Source: a virus (lineage: Duplodnaviria; Caudoviricetes). From it: a stretch of 64,000 nt of DNA. Positions within the stretch are counted from its first letter, which is position 1. Each line of letters opens with the position of its first letter. The DNA lies in the IMG/VR virus record IMGVR_UViG_3300029913_000001; one strand, written 5' to 3'. The translations under genes were made by a program, and so were the position numbers. Of the stretch, positions 9,419-17,180 are shown piece by piece. Below the pieces are notes generated by a model. The model searched no databases, was not told the DNA's origin, and worked only from the letters and a program-made list of their open reading frames with translations.

Positions 9419-10198
9419 TTAAGTCCATAGAGAATTCCTCACTTTAATTAGTCGAATCAACATTTCGGTATCTTCTTTTTCGTATGTTGCGTCTATTCGG
9501 CGCATACCAGCAAGCATCTTTTTAACTCGTTTGCGATCTTCCGGTGCGGTTTCACCTAATAGTTCAGGCTTATTATTACAATAATCAGTCCACCCAGTGG
9601 AATCCATTGGATCTAATCTCGCTGAATATATTTTTTTCCACCAATTATATAATGATAGGATTTCGATAGCATTCTTTGCCTGCTCCATAGGTTTTCCATA
9701 TAACTTATTGGCCGGATCAATTCCAGAATTATTATCATAAATCAATTTCGATTCCCAAGTAAGATGGGCAATTCCCGCCTCAGCGCTACGCCACGTTCTC
9801 CAACGAAATATTCCATGACTCCACCAAGGCGCAGAATATTTCTTTTTTGCTTCATCATCGCAATTGATACAAAGCCATGCTTTTTCGATTTCAACAAAAT
9901 CTACTAATTCATCAAATAGACAAGGTAGAAATCTATTGTCAACATCCACCCATTGACCTCTCTTAAGATGCGATGCCTTTGCTGTTAGTTGATGAGTTTT
10001 TGTAACCCATCTATTATTGATGTAATATTTAATATCGTATAATCTTCGGAAAGGCCAATAAATAAAATCTTGTATTGCATCTAACGCGGTTTCCGCGATC
10101 CAACATCTAATGTTCCATTTGCTGGATGACAATACATATGGTTTACTTTTACCACGAATTAAATTTGCAATTTTAGAACAACTCCAATAGGTAGTCAT
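9419..10198 (-). CDS. Trp-rich hypothetical phage protein
   Basis: 259 aa ORF in operon context. Confidence 0.7.
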   Translation of the reverse strand: MTTYWSCSKIANLIRGKSKPYVLSSSKWNIRCWIAETALDAIQDFIYWPFRRLYDIKYYINNRWVTKTHQLTAKASHLKRGQWVDVDNRFLPCLFDELVDFVEIEKAWLCINCDDEAKKKYSAPWWSHGIFRWRTWRSAEAGIAHLTWESKLIYDNNSGIDPANKLYGKPMEQAKNAIEILSLYNWWKKIYSARLDPMDSTGWTDYCNNKPELLGETAPEDRKRVKKMLAGMRRIDATYEKEDTEMLIRLIKVRNSLWT

Positions 10199-10602
10199 TA
10201 ATTCTCTCCAAAAATTTTTCGAAGTACAAATTCATTTTCATTATTTTGTTCTTCGGATATACTATAGTCGCTAAGAACCAAAAACTTTGAAACCTTTGCG
10301 GCTCCATTGAGTTCAAAAGTTTTATCAATACTATCATAATGCCGTTGATCTAAAACACCTTTTAAACTTTCACACCAGGTAACCGCCGTGCAATTTCGAA
10401 TTTTTCCACCCATTTTAATATACGTGTAATAAAAATCCTCGCCGTCATCCATAATTCCAACGAATCTTCCAACTTCGTCATTGACAATAACAATGTCGTT
10501 AAGCATTGTATAAGTTTCTTCGATTAATTTGTTAAGAGTTAGATAATTATCCATTGGCAACCTTCGAATATTTTTTGTAGTAATCAAAAAGAAATTGTCC
10601 AC
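10198..10602 (-). CDS. Hypothetical protein
   Basis: 134 aa ORF, start uncertain. Confidence 0.6.
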   Translation of the reverse strand: MDNFFLITTKNIRRLPMDNYLTLNKLIEETYTMLNDIVIVNDEVGRFVGIMDDGEDFYYTYIKMGGKIRNCTAVTWCESLKGVLDQRHYDSIDKTFELNGAAKVSKFLVLSDYSISEEQNNENEFVLRKIFGEN

Positions 10603-10795
10603 ATGATGCGCCTACATCTCTACCGGGAGGGTCATAAAATTCACATTCAATTCCTTGCGAGTCCAATTCGCCCATCATATGCTTACCATCATCTTTATCG
10701 ATATACGCAATTTCAACAATTTGATTATTGTCGTTAGTATAGATAAATTTTTGGGTATTATCGATTTCACTTTTAATCGTAGTTTTAAAAATCAT
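10547..10795 (-). pseudogene. Internally deleted RlmN/Cfr-like radical SAM remnant (N- and C-termini fused in frame)
   Basis: N-part SEIDNTQKFIYT.DNNQIVEIAYI resembles the RlmN N-terminus; C-part GIECEFYDPPGRDVGASCGQF resembles RG.DI.AACGQL; the CxxxCxxC core is missing. Confidence 0.55.
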
Positions 10796-10974
10796 TTATT
10801 GAAGACTTCTTGCTCATAATCTAGGGGAAAAATTGTTTTGCCGCATATACAACATTCTTGGCCGTAATCATAACAAGAACAATGATACCCCACATCACTT
10901 TTATCGCAGGCCTTTTCGTCACTATATTCCGCAGCTACACTAATATCATTATTGAAATCTTCTAGCTTGCTCAT
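10792..10974 (-). CDS. Small Cys-rich hypothetical protein
   Basis: 60 aa; HCSC and CCIC motifs. Confidence 0.5.
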   Translation of the reverse strand: MSKLEDFNNDISVAAEYSDEKACDKSDVGYHCSCYDYGQECCICGKTIFPLDYEQEVFNK

Positions 10975-10983
10975 ACAAGATCC

Positions 10984-12036
10984 TTAATCTATTTTGTTTC
11001 CTAACTTTTCATAGATCGTATTGTGTGTATGGTTTACTCTAACAAAGATTGCCATATCAGAAAGTTCCTTTAAATTTTCGGAGCCGACATAAGTTAACGT
11101 GCTTCTTAAGCCACCCAGAATATCTAAAACTGTCTTTTCGACTGGTCCTTTTGCAGGTAACATAACGTGGCGACCTTCAGTTGTGCGATATTTTGCCATA
11201 CCGTTATTGAATTCCTGCATAGCCTTCTCGCTGCTCATTCCATAAAATTCAACAAATGAATTACCGGTTGAATCGGTAATTTTTTTCGCTTCTACTTCGT
11301 CATGCCCCGCTAACATAGATCCGAGCATTACAAAATCTGCGCCGGCGCCGAATGCTTTTGCAATATCACCAGGATTTTTACATCCGCCATCCGCGCAAAT
11401 AAATGCATTAAGATCATAGGCAACTTCTGAACATTCTGAAATTGCGCTTATCATTGGATACCCGACTCCGGTTTTCAATCGAGTCAAACATCCTGCTCCC
11501 CCTCCGATCCCAATCTTTACAACATCGGCTCCGGCTTTGATAAGAGATTCGGTTTGATCCGGGGTAACAACATTGCCGGCCATAATAATTGCTTCTGGAT
11601 TTTCATCGCGTAATCTTGAAACTGTATCAAGAAAAGTATTGCGATATCCATTGGCAACATCAATACATACTTTGTCTATAGTTTTATTATAGTTTACTCT
11701 TTTAAATTTGTCAAGATCTTCTTTATTTGATCCGACCGTATACCAACATAAATTTTTTGCTAGATTAGTTTCAAAAAAGGCTGTTAACTCATCTTCATTA
11801 TAATACTTATGCAGTGCGGTCATTAACCGATGCCTGCCCAATTCTTTAGCCATCTTGAAACTAGATACGGTTGTCATATTAGCCGCAATAATAGGAATGC
11901 ACGGCAATGATTTGTTAACCCGGGGAAAATAAAACGTTCTCGATAGATCAACCTCTGATCTCGAATTAATATTATTGGGTTGTGGCACGATTAATACATC
12001 ATCAAAATCTAATTTAATGTCGTTTGATATTTTCAT
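10984..12036 (-). CDS. guaC: GMP reductase
   Basis: MKISNDIKLDFDDVLI.P, IIAANM, IDVANGY, GNVVT, KIGIGGG.GC.TR..TGVGYP, ADGGC, FVMLGSMLAGHDE, FYGMSS; start moved downstream of tRNA-Gly. Confidence 0.9.
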   Translation of the reverse strand: MKISNDIKLDFDDVLIVPQPNNINSRSEVDLSRTFYFPRVNKSLPCIPIIAANMTTVSSFKMAKELGRHRLMTALHKYYNEDELTAFFETNLAKNLCWYTVGSNKEDLDKFKRVNYNKTIDKVCIDVANGYRNTFLDTVSRLRDENPEAIIMAGNVVTPDQTESLIKAGADVVKIGIGGGAGCLTRLKTGVGYPMISAISECSEVAYDLNAFICADGGCKNPGDIAKAFGAGADFVMLGSMLAGHDEVEAKKITDSTGNSFVEFYGMSSEKAMQEFNNGMAKYRTTEGRHVMLPAKGPVEKTVLDILGGLRSTLTYVGSENLKELSDMAIFVRVNHTHNTIYEKLGNKID

Positions 12037-12058
12037 TTTTATCCGATTTGTTAAGAAA

Positions 12059-12142
12059 TGGAGCGGGCTGCGAGGTTCGAACTCGCATGTCTTACGACAG
12101 TGGTTTGGAAGACCACCGGGCAACCAATTACCCAAAGCCCGC
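12059..12142 (-). tRNA. tRNA-Gly(UCC) with long variable arm
   Basis: GCGGGCT/AGCCCGC-T-CCA; GTGGT-CTTCCAA-ACCAC; variable TGTC-GTAA-GACA. Confidence 0.9.
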
Positions 12143-12151
12143 TTAAAATTG

Positions 12152-12226
12152 TGGAGCCCCGAACCGGAATTGAACCGGTGACCTTTCGCTTACAAGGCGA
12201 GCGCTCTACAACTGAGCTACCAGGGC
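12152..12226 (-). tRNA. tRNA-Thr(UGU)
   Basis: Canonical cloverleaf; CTTGTAA loop; T73, CCA. Confidence 0.92.
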
Positions 12227-12252
12227 CTATTACTATTTATGCTATTTTAATT

Positions 12253-12328
12253 TGGCGCTCCCGAACGAATTTGAATCGTTATTTCTAGCTTAGGAGGCAA
12301 GTGCCCTATCCAGTTGGACGACGGGAGC
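12253..12328 (-). tRNA. tRNA-Arg(CCU)
   Basis: GCTCCCG/CGGGAGC-G-CCA; CTCCTAA loop. Confidence 0.88.
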
Positions 12329-12335
12329 ATGTTAG

Positions 12336-12409
12336 TGGAGCCGAAGCTGGGAGTCGGACCCAGAACTAGACTATACCAAAGTCTTGTTATACCGTTTAAC
12401 TATTTCGGC
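12336..12409 (-). tRNA. tRNA-Thr(GGU)
   Basis: GCCGAAA/CTTCGGC; AGACT-TTGGTAT-AGTCT; CCA. Confidence 0.85.
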
Positions 12410-12698
12410 TAGCAGCGTGTCTATCTTCGCACCAGCAATATTCATCCTGATCAATAAGTACCTTGCATTGCTCATAATGATTATGGCCGCAATCAGGACA
12501 TTTTGATGAAGATATCTTCTCCTGTGACTCTGTACAAGCGGCGCATCTAATAATTCGTTTATTGATTATCTCGTGACCAGGTACTATATCTAGTATCGTT
12601 TCGAATATATTACATACATCGATAATTCTCCACTTACAATTACCGCAATGAATATTATCGCTATCCGGAGTAATCGTTATCATGTGATCAAAATTCAT
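12396..12698 (-). CDS. Cys-rich (zinc-binding) hypothetical protein
   Basis: CGNC, CAAC, CPDC and CWC motifs. Confidence 0.6.
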   Translation of the reverse strand: MNFDHMITITPDSDNIHCGNCKWRIIDVCNIFETILDIVPGHEIINKRIIRCAACTESQEKISSSKCPDCGHNHYEQCKVLIDQDEYCWCEDRHAASRNS

Positions 12699-12709
12699 AT
12701 TTTTCCTTT

Positions 12710-13375
12710 CTACTCCAAAGGTAAATTATTTTCTTCCCGAGCTTTACGTATTTTAAATGACGGCCAAATATTAATTTGATCATCCGTAGATTCCGATAAA
12801 ATATATCGATAATTCTGATAATTACGATCTTTGCCGAAGAATGATTTTAATTCGTCTTCCGTTTCGCATCGAGTAAAACTTGCGCCGGGTTTGGTTCGAT
12901 CATACACAGAAACTACATGGCCATCCGAAAATAATCTGTGCCAAATCTTAAAACCGGATGTACTAAGAGTTTTATCACTTACGACTAAATTTTTTGCAGA
13001 GCCGGTTAAATTTTTCAAATCTTTTAAAATGGCAATATACAGGTCACTTGCATACGGGGCACCAGACGCCTCAGGATTTTTTCCGGTCATTAACACCGCG
13101 ACATTTCTTGAGGTCTTTTCTAATGATGTTCCTACCCAGAATATTCCATTTTTTTCATACCAGTAATAGACCTCTCTATCGAAATCCATCCTGTATAAAT
13201 CGGCACCTATCTTTTTAACTGATTGCGGCCGAGCTTTTCGTAAATCATTAATATCGTTTTTAACGGTTGGCCAGGCGGCGAATTCCATCTGTTCTGGCTC
13301 TTCATAAAGCCAGGATTCATTGAAAGAGAGCCTATCGTCAATATCAGATTCAGCTAAAATATCTTGTATTTTCAT
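12710..13375 (-). CDS. Divergent GNAT-fold paralog with MKIQDILAE leader
   Basis: YYWYE..LEK..VAVLMTGKNP...APYASDLY..VVSDKTLS.SGFKIWHRL; near-identical to 14562..15242 in the C-terminal half. Confidence 0.75.
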   Translation of the reverse strand: MKIQDILAESDIDDRLSFNESWLYEEPEQMEFAAWPTVKNDINDLRKARPQSVKKIGADLYRMDFDREVYYWYEKNGIFWVGTSLEKTSRNVAVLMTGKNPEASGAPYASDLYIAILKDLKNLTGSAKNLVVSDKTLSTSGFKIWHRLFSDGHVVSVYDRTKPGASFTRCETEDELKSFFGKDRNYQNYRYILSESTDDQINIWPSFKIRKAREENNLPLE

Positions 13376-13432
13376 CTTTCCGACCACTAATCCAATTTTT
13401 ATCTTCATTAATTTTCATATTTTTTCTTAAAT

Positions 13433-13508
13433 TGGTGCTCCCCACGGGATTTGAACCCGTATACTCGGTTTAGAAGACCGAGGCCCTATCCGGTTGGACG
13501 AAAGGAGC
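13433..13508 (-). tRNA. tRNA-Arg(UCU)
   Basis: GCTCCTT/GGGGAGC-A-CCA; CTCGG..CTTCTAA.. Confidence 0.88.
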
Positions 13509-13516
13509 AAAAACTT

Positions 13517-13590
13517 TGGAGCCGATGACAGTACTTGAAACTGCATTACCCGATTACGAAACGGGTTTTCTACCTTTGAAATACATCGGC
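13517..13590 (-). tRNA. tRNA-Thr(CGU), copy 1
   Basis: GCCGATG/CATCGGC-T-CCA; TTCGTAA loop. Confidence 0.85.
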
Positions 13591-13598
13591 AAAAACTA

Positions 13599-13765
13599 TT
13601 TGCATTGACGGGTTAATTATCAACCGCTAAGTTGACCTCTCACCGCTATTCAGTTGCTCTCAAAGAGCATCCCATTATATTGCCGTGATCGCAACATAAT
13701 ATCGACTGATTTAAGACCACATCACCTGCGTAATCTCTCGTGTCCGCTCCACGATGCAATGCAAA
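13599..13765 (-). ncRNA. Unassigned structured RNA, long copy (homolog at 16084-16166)
   Basis: Closing stem TTTGCATTG/CAATGCAAA; inner hairpins ATTATGTTGC/GCAATATAAT and TGCTCT/AGAGCA; both ends align with the second copy. Confidence 0.6.
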
Positions 13766-13769
13766 TTTT

Positions 13770-13824
13770 TGAGCCCCCGAAAAGATTTGAACCTTTTCCA
13801 TCCTGAACCGACGAGTTACGGGGC
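13770..13824 (-). pseudogene. Collapsed tRNA (acceptor stem plus T-arm, no anticodon arm)
   Basis: GCCCCG...AAAGG-TTCAAAT-CTTTT-CGGGGGC-TCA. Confidence 0.5.
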
Positions 13825-13836
13825 AAAACTTATCCT

Positions 13837-13976
13837 GGACTTACGGTGGAGAATGATAGTAGCATCAACCATCAAGAAGGAGAGCAGCATCCTAGTTCTT
13901 ATGCGCATTATCACCTAGGCCCTCGCTCTTAGTGCGACCTCTTCCCGCTATAGCTGCGGTTCTCTCCCGTAAATCC
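13837..13976 (-). ncRNA. Unassigned multi-stem RNA (~140 nt)
   Basis: 10-bp closing stem GGATTTACGG/CCGTAAGTCC; internal GAGAG/CTCTC, CCGC/GCGG, TCGC/GCGA, CCTAG/CTAGG and TGATGGT/ACTATCA. Confidence 0.55.
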
Positions 13977-13982
13977 ACGATA

Positions 13983-14234
13983 TTAAAATCTTATAATCTT
14001 ATATCGTTTTTTTGAATGAATATTATTATAGGCCCATTTTTCAAAACGCTTCGTCGCAGAAATTATTTCCGGAGTTGTAAAATCCGGGGTAAAACCTGCG
14101 AGTAGTTCGCCTATAGGTTTATAAATCTTTCTCATGCGATTGATTAAATTTATTTTTACAGCTTTTGGCAATTTTTTATATTGCGTCAAAATACATACCG
14201 ATACGCTTTCGATTTCGTTTAATCTAATTGGCAT
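13983..14234 (-). CDS. Hypothetical basic protein
   Basis: 83 aa ORF. Confidence 0.5.
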   Translation of the reverse strand: MPIRLNEIESVSVCILTQYKKLPKAVKINLINRMRKIYKPIGELLAGFTPDFTTPEIISATKRFEKWAYNNIHSKKRYKIIRF

Positions 14235-14254
14235 TCTAATATCCTATAAATTCT

Positions 14255-14470
14255 TCAATCTTCTGTTCCCAATGGTGATTTCTCTCAAAATTTTCGTATT
14301 CCGAAATTACTAATCACTTCGACTAGCATAAAATTTGACTCACACAGAACATACTGATAATCTTAATATTTATGATCGGCGTGAAAATATTTCTTCATAT
14401 CATTTAGTGTTGGAAATTTAGCGAACGATGAACCAGGAGCGGTTTTATCATTTAACCCAACTTTATGACC
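14255..14470 (-). pseudogene. Truncated C-terminal fragment of a GNAT-like paralog
   Basis: Translates GHKVGLNDKTAPGSSFAKFPTLNDMKKYFHADHKY*DYQYVLCES...FGIRKF*EK, matching the C-terminus of 15256..15903; two in-frame stops. Confidence 0.8.
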
Positions 14471-14481
14471 GGATATATAAT

Positions 14482-14557
14482 TGGTAATCCCGAGCAAATT
14501 TGAATCGTTATTTCTAGCTTAGGAGGCAAGTGCCCTATCCAGTTGGACGACGGGAGC
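14482..14557 (-). tRNA. Chimeric tRNA-Arg(CCU)/(ACG)
   Basis: 5' part identical to 12253..12328; 3' end (TTTGCTCGGGATTACCA) and 3' flank identical to 16325..16400; acceptor mismatch C2:U71. Confidence 0.8.
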
Positions 14558-14561
14558 AATA

Positions 14562-15242
14562 TTAATCTAATGGTAAATTATTTTCTTCTCTAGCTTTACG
14601 AATTTTAAATGATGGCCAAATATTTATCTGGTCGTCCGGCGTCTCTGATAAAATATATCGATAGTTTTGATAATTTCGATCCTTACCGAAAAAAGATTTT
14701 AATTCATTTTCTGTTTCACACCGAGTAAAACTTTCTCCAGGTTTTGTTCTATCATATACCGAAACAACATGTCCATCGGAAAATAATCTATGCCATATCT
14801 TAAAACCGGATGCACTCAATGTTTTATCACTTACTACCAAATTCTTTGGCGATCCAGATAAATTTTTTAAATCGTTTATGATTGCAAGATACAAATCGCT
14901 GGCATATGGACTTCCGGACGCATCGGGATTTTTTCCCGTCATTAAAACAGCAACATTTCTAGGTTTCTTTTCTAAAATCGATCCAATCCAAAGTATTCCA
15001 TCTTTTTCATACCAATAATATACATCATTTTCAAAATCCATTTTATACAAATTGTTATTGATTTTTTGCACGGCATTTGGCCGGGCTTTTTTAAGATCAT
15101 TAATATCGTTTTTAACCGCCGGCCACGCTGCAAATTCCATCTGTCCTGGCTCTATGAAGAGCCAGGATTCGTTGAAGTCAATTCTTCCGTCAATTCCATC
15201 GCCCCAATTTTTATCTTCATTTATTAATTCATTGACCTTCAT
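14562..15242 (-). CDS. Divergent GNAT-fold paralog with MKVNELINE leader
   Basis: Same motifs as 12710..13375. Confidence 0.75.
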   Translation of the reverse strand: MKVNELINEDKNWGDGIDGRIDFNESWLFIEPGQMEFAAWPAVKNDINDLKKARPNAVQKINNNLYKMDFENDVYYWYEKDGILWIGSILEKKPRNVAVLMTGKNPDASGSPYASDLYLAIINDLKNLSGSPKNLVVSDKTLSASGFKIWHRLFSDGHVVSVYDRTKPGESFTRCETENELKSFFGKDRNYQNYRYILSETPDDQINIWPSFKIRKAREENNLPLD

Positions 15243-15255
15243 ACAGCTTTTTCAC

Positions 15256-15903
15256 CTAATCTAATGGTAAATTATTTTCCTCTCTCACTTTCCGTAGGCT
15301 AAAATATGAAAATGCTTCAGCAAAATTCTTAGCTGATTCAGATAACACATATTGATAATCTTGATAATTTTTACCAACACCAAAATATTTTTTCATTTCG
15401 TCGAATGATTTAAAATGTTTAAATGTCTGCCCCGGATTATTTTTATCGTAAAGACTAATTTTATGGCCCGTATCAAATAATTTTTCCCAAATTTTAAAAC
15501 CGTCTTCACTTAATGTTTTATCGCTTCTTAAACAAATATTATGCATACAGTCTTTTAGAATAGATAGATATAAATCACTTGAAAACGGTGGGACCCCGAA
15601 TAAATTAGGATCTTTTCCAACCATTCTAACAATATAGGCATACTTTTGTTTTTCTAGTGTAACCGCTAATACAATTTTATCATTCTTTTCTACCCAATAG
15701 TAAATGTTATTGGGTAATTCTAACTTTTTTAAATCCATATTCAATACAATAACATTTTCTGGATAAATTTTTATTATTTCCAACACAATATTTTTAATAC
15801 CGGGCCATGAATTAAACTGCATTTTTTCGGGAGACTCGTATAAAAATGCCCTATTAAAACTCGTTCTATCTGATTCTTCATTGCATATATCATTAATTTT
15901 CAT
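15256..15903 (-). CDS. Divergent GNAT-fold paralog with MKINDICNE leader
   Basis: YYWVE..LEK..IVRMVGKDP...PPFSSDLY..LRSDKTLSEDGFKIWEKL. Confidence 0.75.
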   Translation of the reverse strand: MKINDICNEESDRTSFNRAFLYESPEKMQFNSWPGIKNIVLEIIKIYPENVIVLNMDLKKLELPNNIYYWVEKNDKIVLAVTLEKQKYAYIVRMVGKDPNLFGVPPFSSDLYLSILKDCMHNICLRSDKTLSEDGFKIWEKLFDTGHKISLYDKNNPGQTFKHFKSFDEMKKYFGVGKNYQDYQYVLSESAKNFAEAFSYFSLRKVREENNLPLD

Positions 15904-15917
15904 ATTTTTCCTTAAAT

Positions 15918-15993
15918 TGATGCTCACTGCGGGATATGACCACGCATACTTGGTTTCGAAAATTGAGGCCCTATCCAGTTGGACAAACTGAGC
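15918..15993 (-). pseudogene. Degenerate tRNA-Arg(UCG)
   Basis: Aligns with 13433..13508; decayed T-loop (GGTCATAT) and anticodon stem; TCA in place of CCA. Confidence 0.65.
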
Positions 15994-16001
15994 AAAAACT
16001 T

Positions 16002-16075
16002 TGGAGCCGATGGCAGAAATTGAATCCGCATCTCCCGATTACGAAACGGGCACTCTACCATTGAGATACATCGGC
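16002..16075 (-). tRNA. tRNA-Thr(CGU), copy 2
   Basis: GCCGATG/CATCGGC-T-CCA; TTCGTAA loop. Confidence 0.88.
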
Positions 16076-16083
16076 ATACTTAT

Positions 16084-16166
16084 TTTCACTGACAGGTTAC
16101 TTACAAACCGCGTGAGTGCGTATATTATTGCTCAATCCCTCGCGTCTACTCTATGCTGCAATGAAA
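16084..16166 (-). ncRNA. Unassigned structured RNA, short copy
   Basis: Closing stem TTTCATTG/CAGTGAAA; homologous to 13599..13765. Confidence 0.55.
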
Positions 16167-16324
16167 TTTTAAACTCTTCTTAAACTTTTTGCTAATTTTT
16201 TAGCTTCTTTTCCTAATCGATTTGTTAATTTTCGTCTTTGTTTTTCGGAAGGTTGTTTGGATAAAAATGCTAAAATTGCTGCTTCCGTAATGGTAATGGT
16301 TGTCATATTACTCCAGTATATAAT

Positions 16325-16400
16325 TGGTAATCCCGAGCAAATTTGAATTGCTATCTCAAGCTTCGTAGACTAGTGTCCTATCCATTTGGACGACGGGATC
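16325..16400 (-). tRNA. tRNA-Arg(ACG)
   Basis: GATCCCG/CGGGATT-A-CCA; CTACGAA loop. Confidence 0.8.
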
Positions 16401-16417
16401 GTAATTATTAATAAAAT

Positions 16418-16497
16418 TGGTGCGTTCGGAAGGACTCGAACCTTCGATCATTTCCGATTTGTAAGAACGGTGTCTTGGCCACTCGACGCACGAACGC
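16418..16497 (-). tRNA. tRNA-Val(UAC)
   Basis: GCGTTCG/CGAACGC-A-CCA; CTTACAA loop. Confidence 0.85.
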
Positions 16498-16857
16498 ACT
16501 GTGTAAATCTATATATTTTACGCATTAATCTTTCTATTTAGATCATTTATTATTTTTGATAATTGCTTTCGTAACTGGCGGAGGCAAGTTTCTGGTTCCC
16601 AGCCTCGGGCAATTAAGTCAAGATAATTATCTAATGCAATCGTGACTGGATCTATTGGTTTAAGCATATTTTCCTCGTATATGAACTACCGCATTTCAGT
16701 GTGCTACCACGTCAAAAGCAGCGGCTCCTTGGGCAATTTGCCACGGGACCTATTATTGTAATACATATCTAGAAATTAATTTCCCAAAGAAACTTCAATT
16801 TTTAATGCAAATGAGTTCATTCGCTAATATTTATTCAAAATTCGGTGTTAGAATCAT

Positions 16858-16930
16858 TAGCCCCAGTAGGAGTCGAACCTACACTAAATTTCGTTCGAAG
16901 CGAAATTGACTATCCATTGCCGATGGGGCC
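16858..16930 (-). tRNA. tRNA-Arg(UCG), no encoded CCA
   Basis: GGCCCCA/TGGGGCT; TTTCG-CTTCGAA-CGAAA; TTCGACT T-loop. Confidence 0.75.
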
Positions 16931-16942
16931 TTATTAATTATA

Positions 16943-16972
16943 AGATACTCTATCCAGTTGAGTTACAGGACC
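16943..16972 (-). pseudogene. Orphan 5' half of a tRNA
   Basis: GGTCCTG-TA-ACTC-AACTGGATA-GAGT-A with no 3' half. Confidence 0.5.
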
Positions 16973-16974
16973 AG

Positions 16975-17175
16975 TTAACTTGATATTTTATTAACAAACA
17001 TTTTATCAATTTCTTCTTCTGCACTAGCCCATGCTTCCTTTTCATTTCGAACAACACGACTAATAAGCATATAATAAGGAGTGTCCAGAGTATCAATCGA
17101 TAATGCACATTCATTTCGGCAAAATTTAATTAATTTTGGAAAAGGATAAATCGATAAAACTTTTTCTTGGTTCAT
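16975..17175 (-). CDS. 'YPxA...AW' family protein
   Basis: KVLSIYPFP ... EAWASAEEEIDKMFVNKISS. Confidence 0.6.
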   Translation of the reverse strand: MNQEKVLSIYPFPKLIKFCRNECALSIDTLDTPYYMLISRVVRNEKEAWASAEEEIDKMFVNKISS

Positions 17176-17180
17176 AATTT

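Noticed and set aside
12710-15242. Diversity-generating retroelement (template/variable repeat) behind the near-identical paralogs
   Set aside because: Differences are not restricted to adenines, both copies are full genes, and no reverse transcriptase is in the window.
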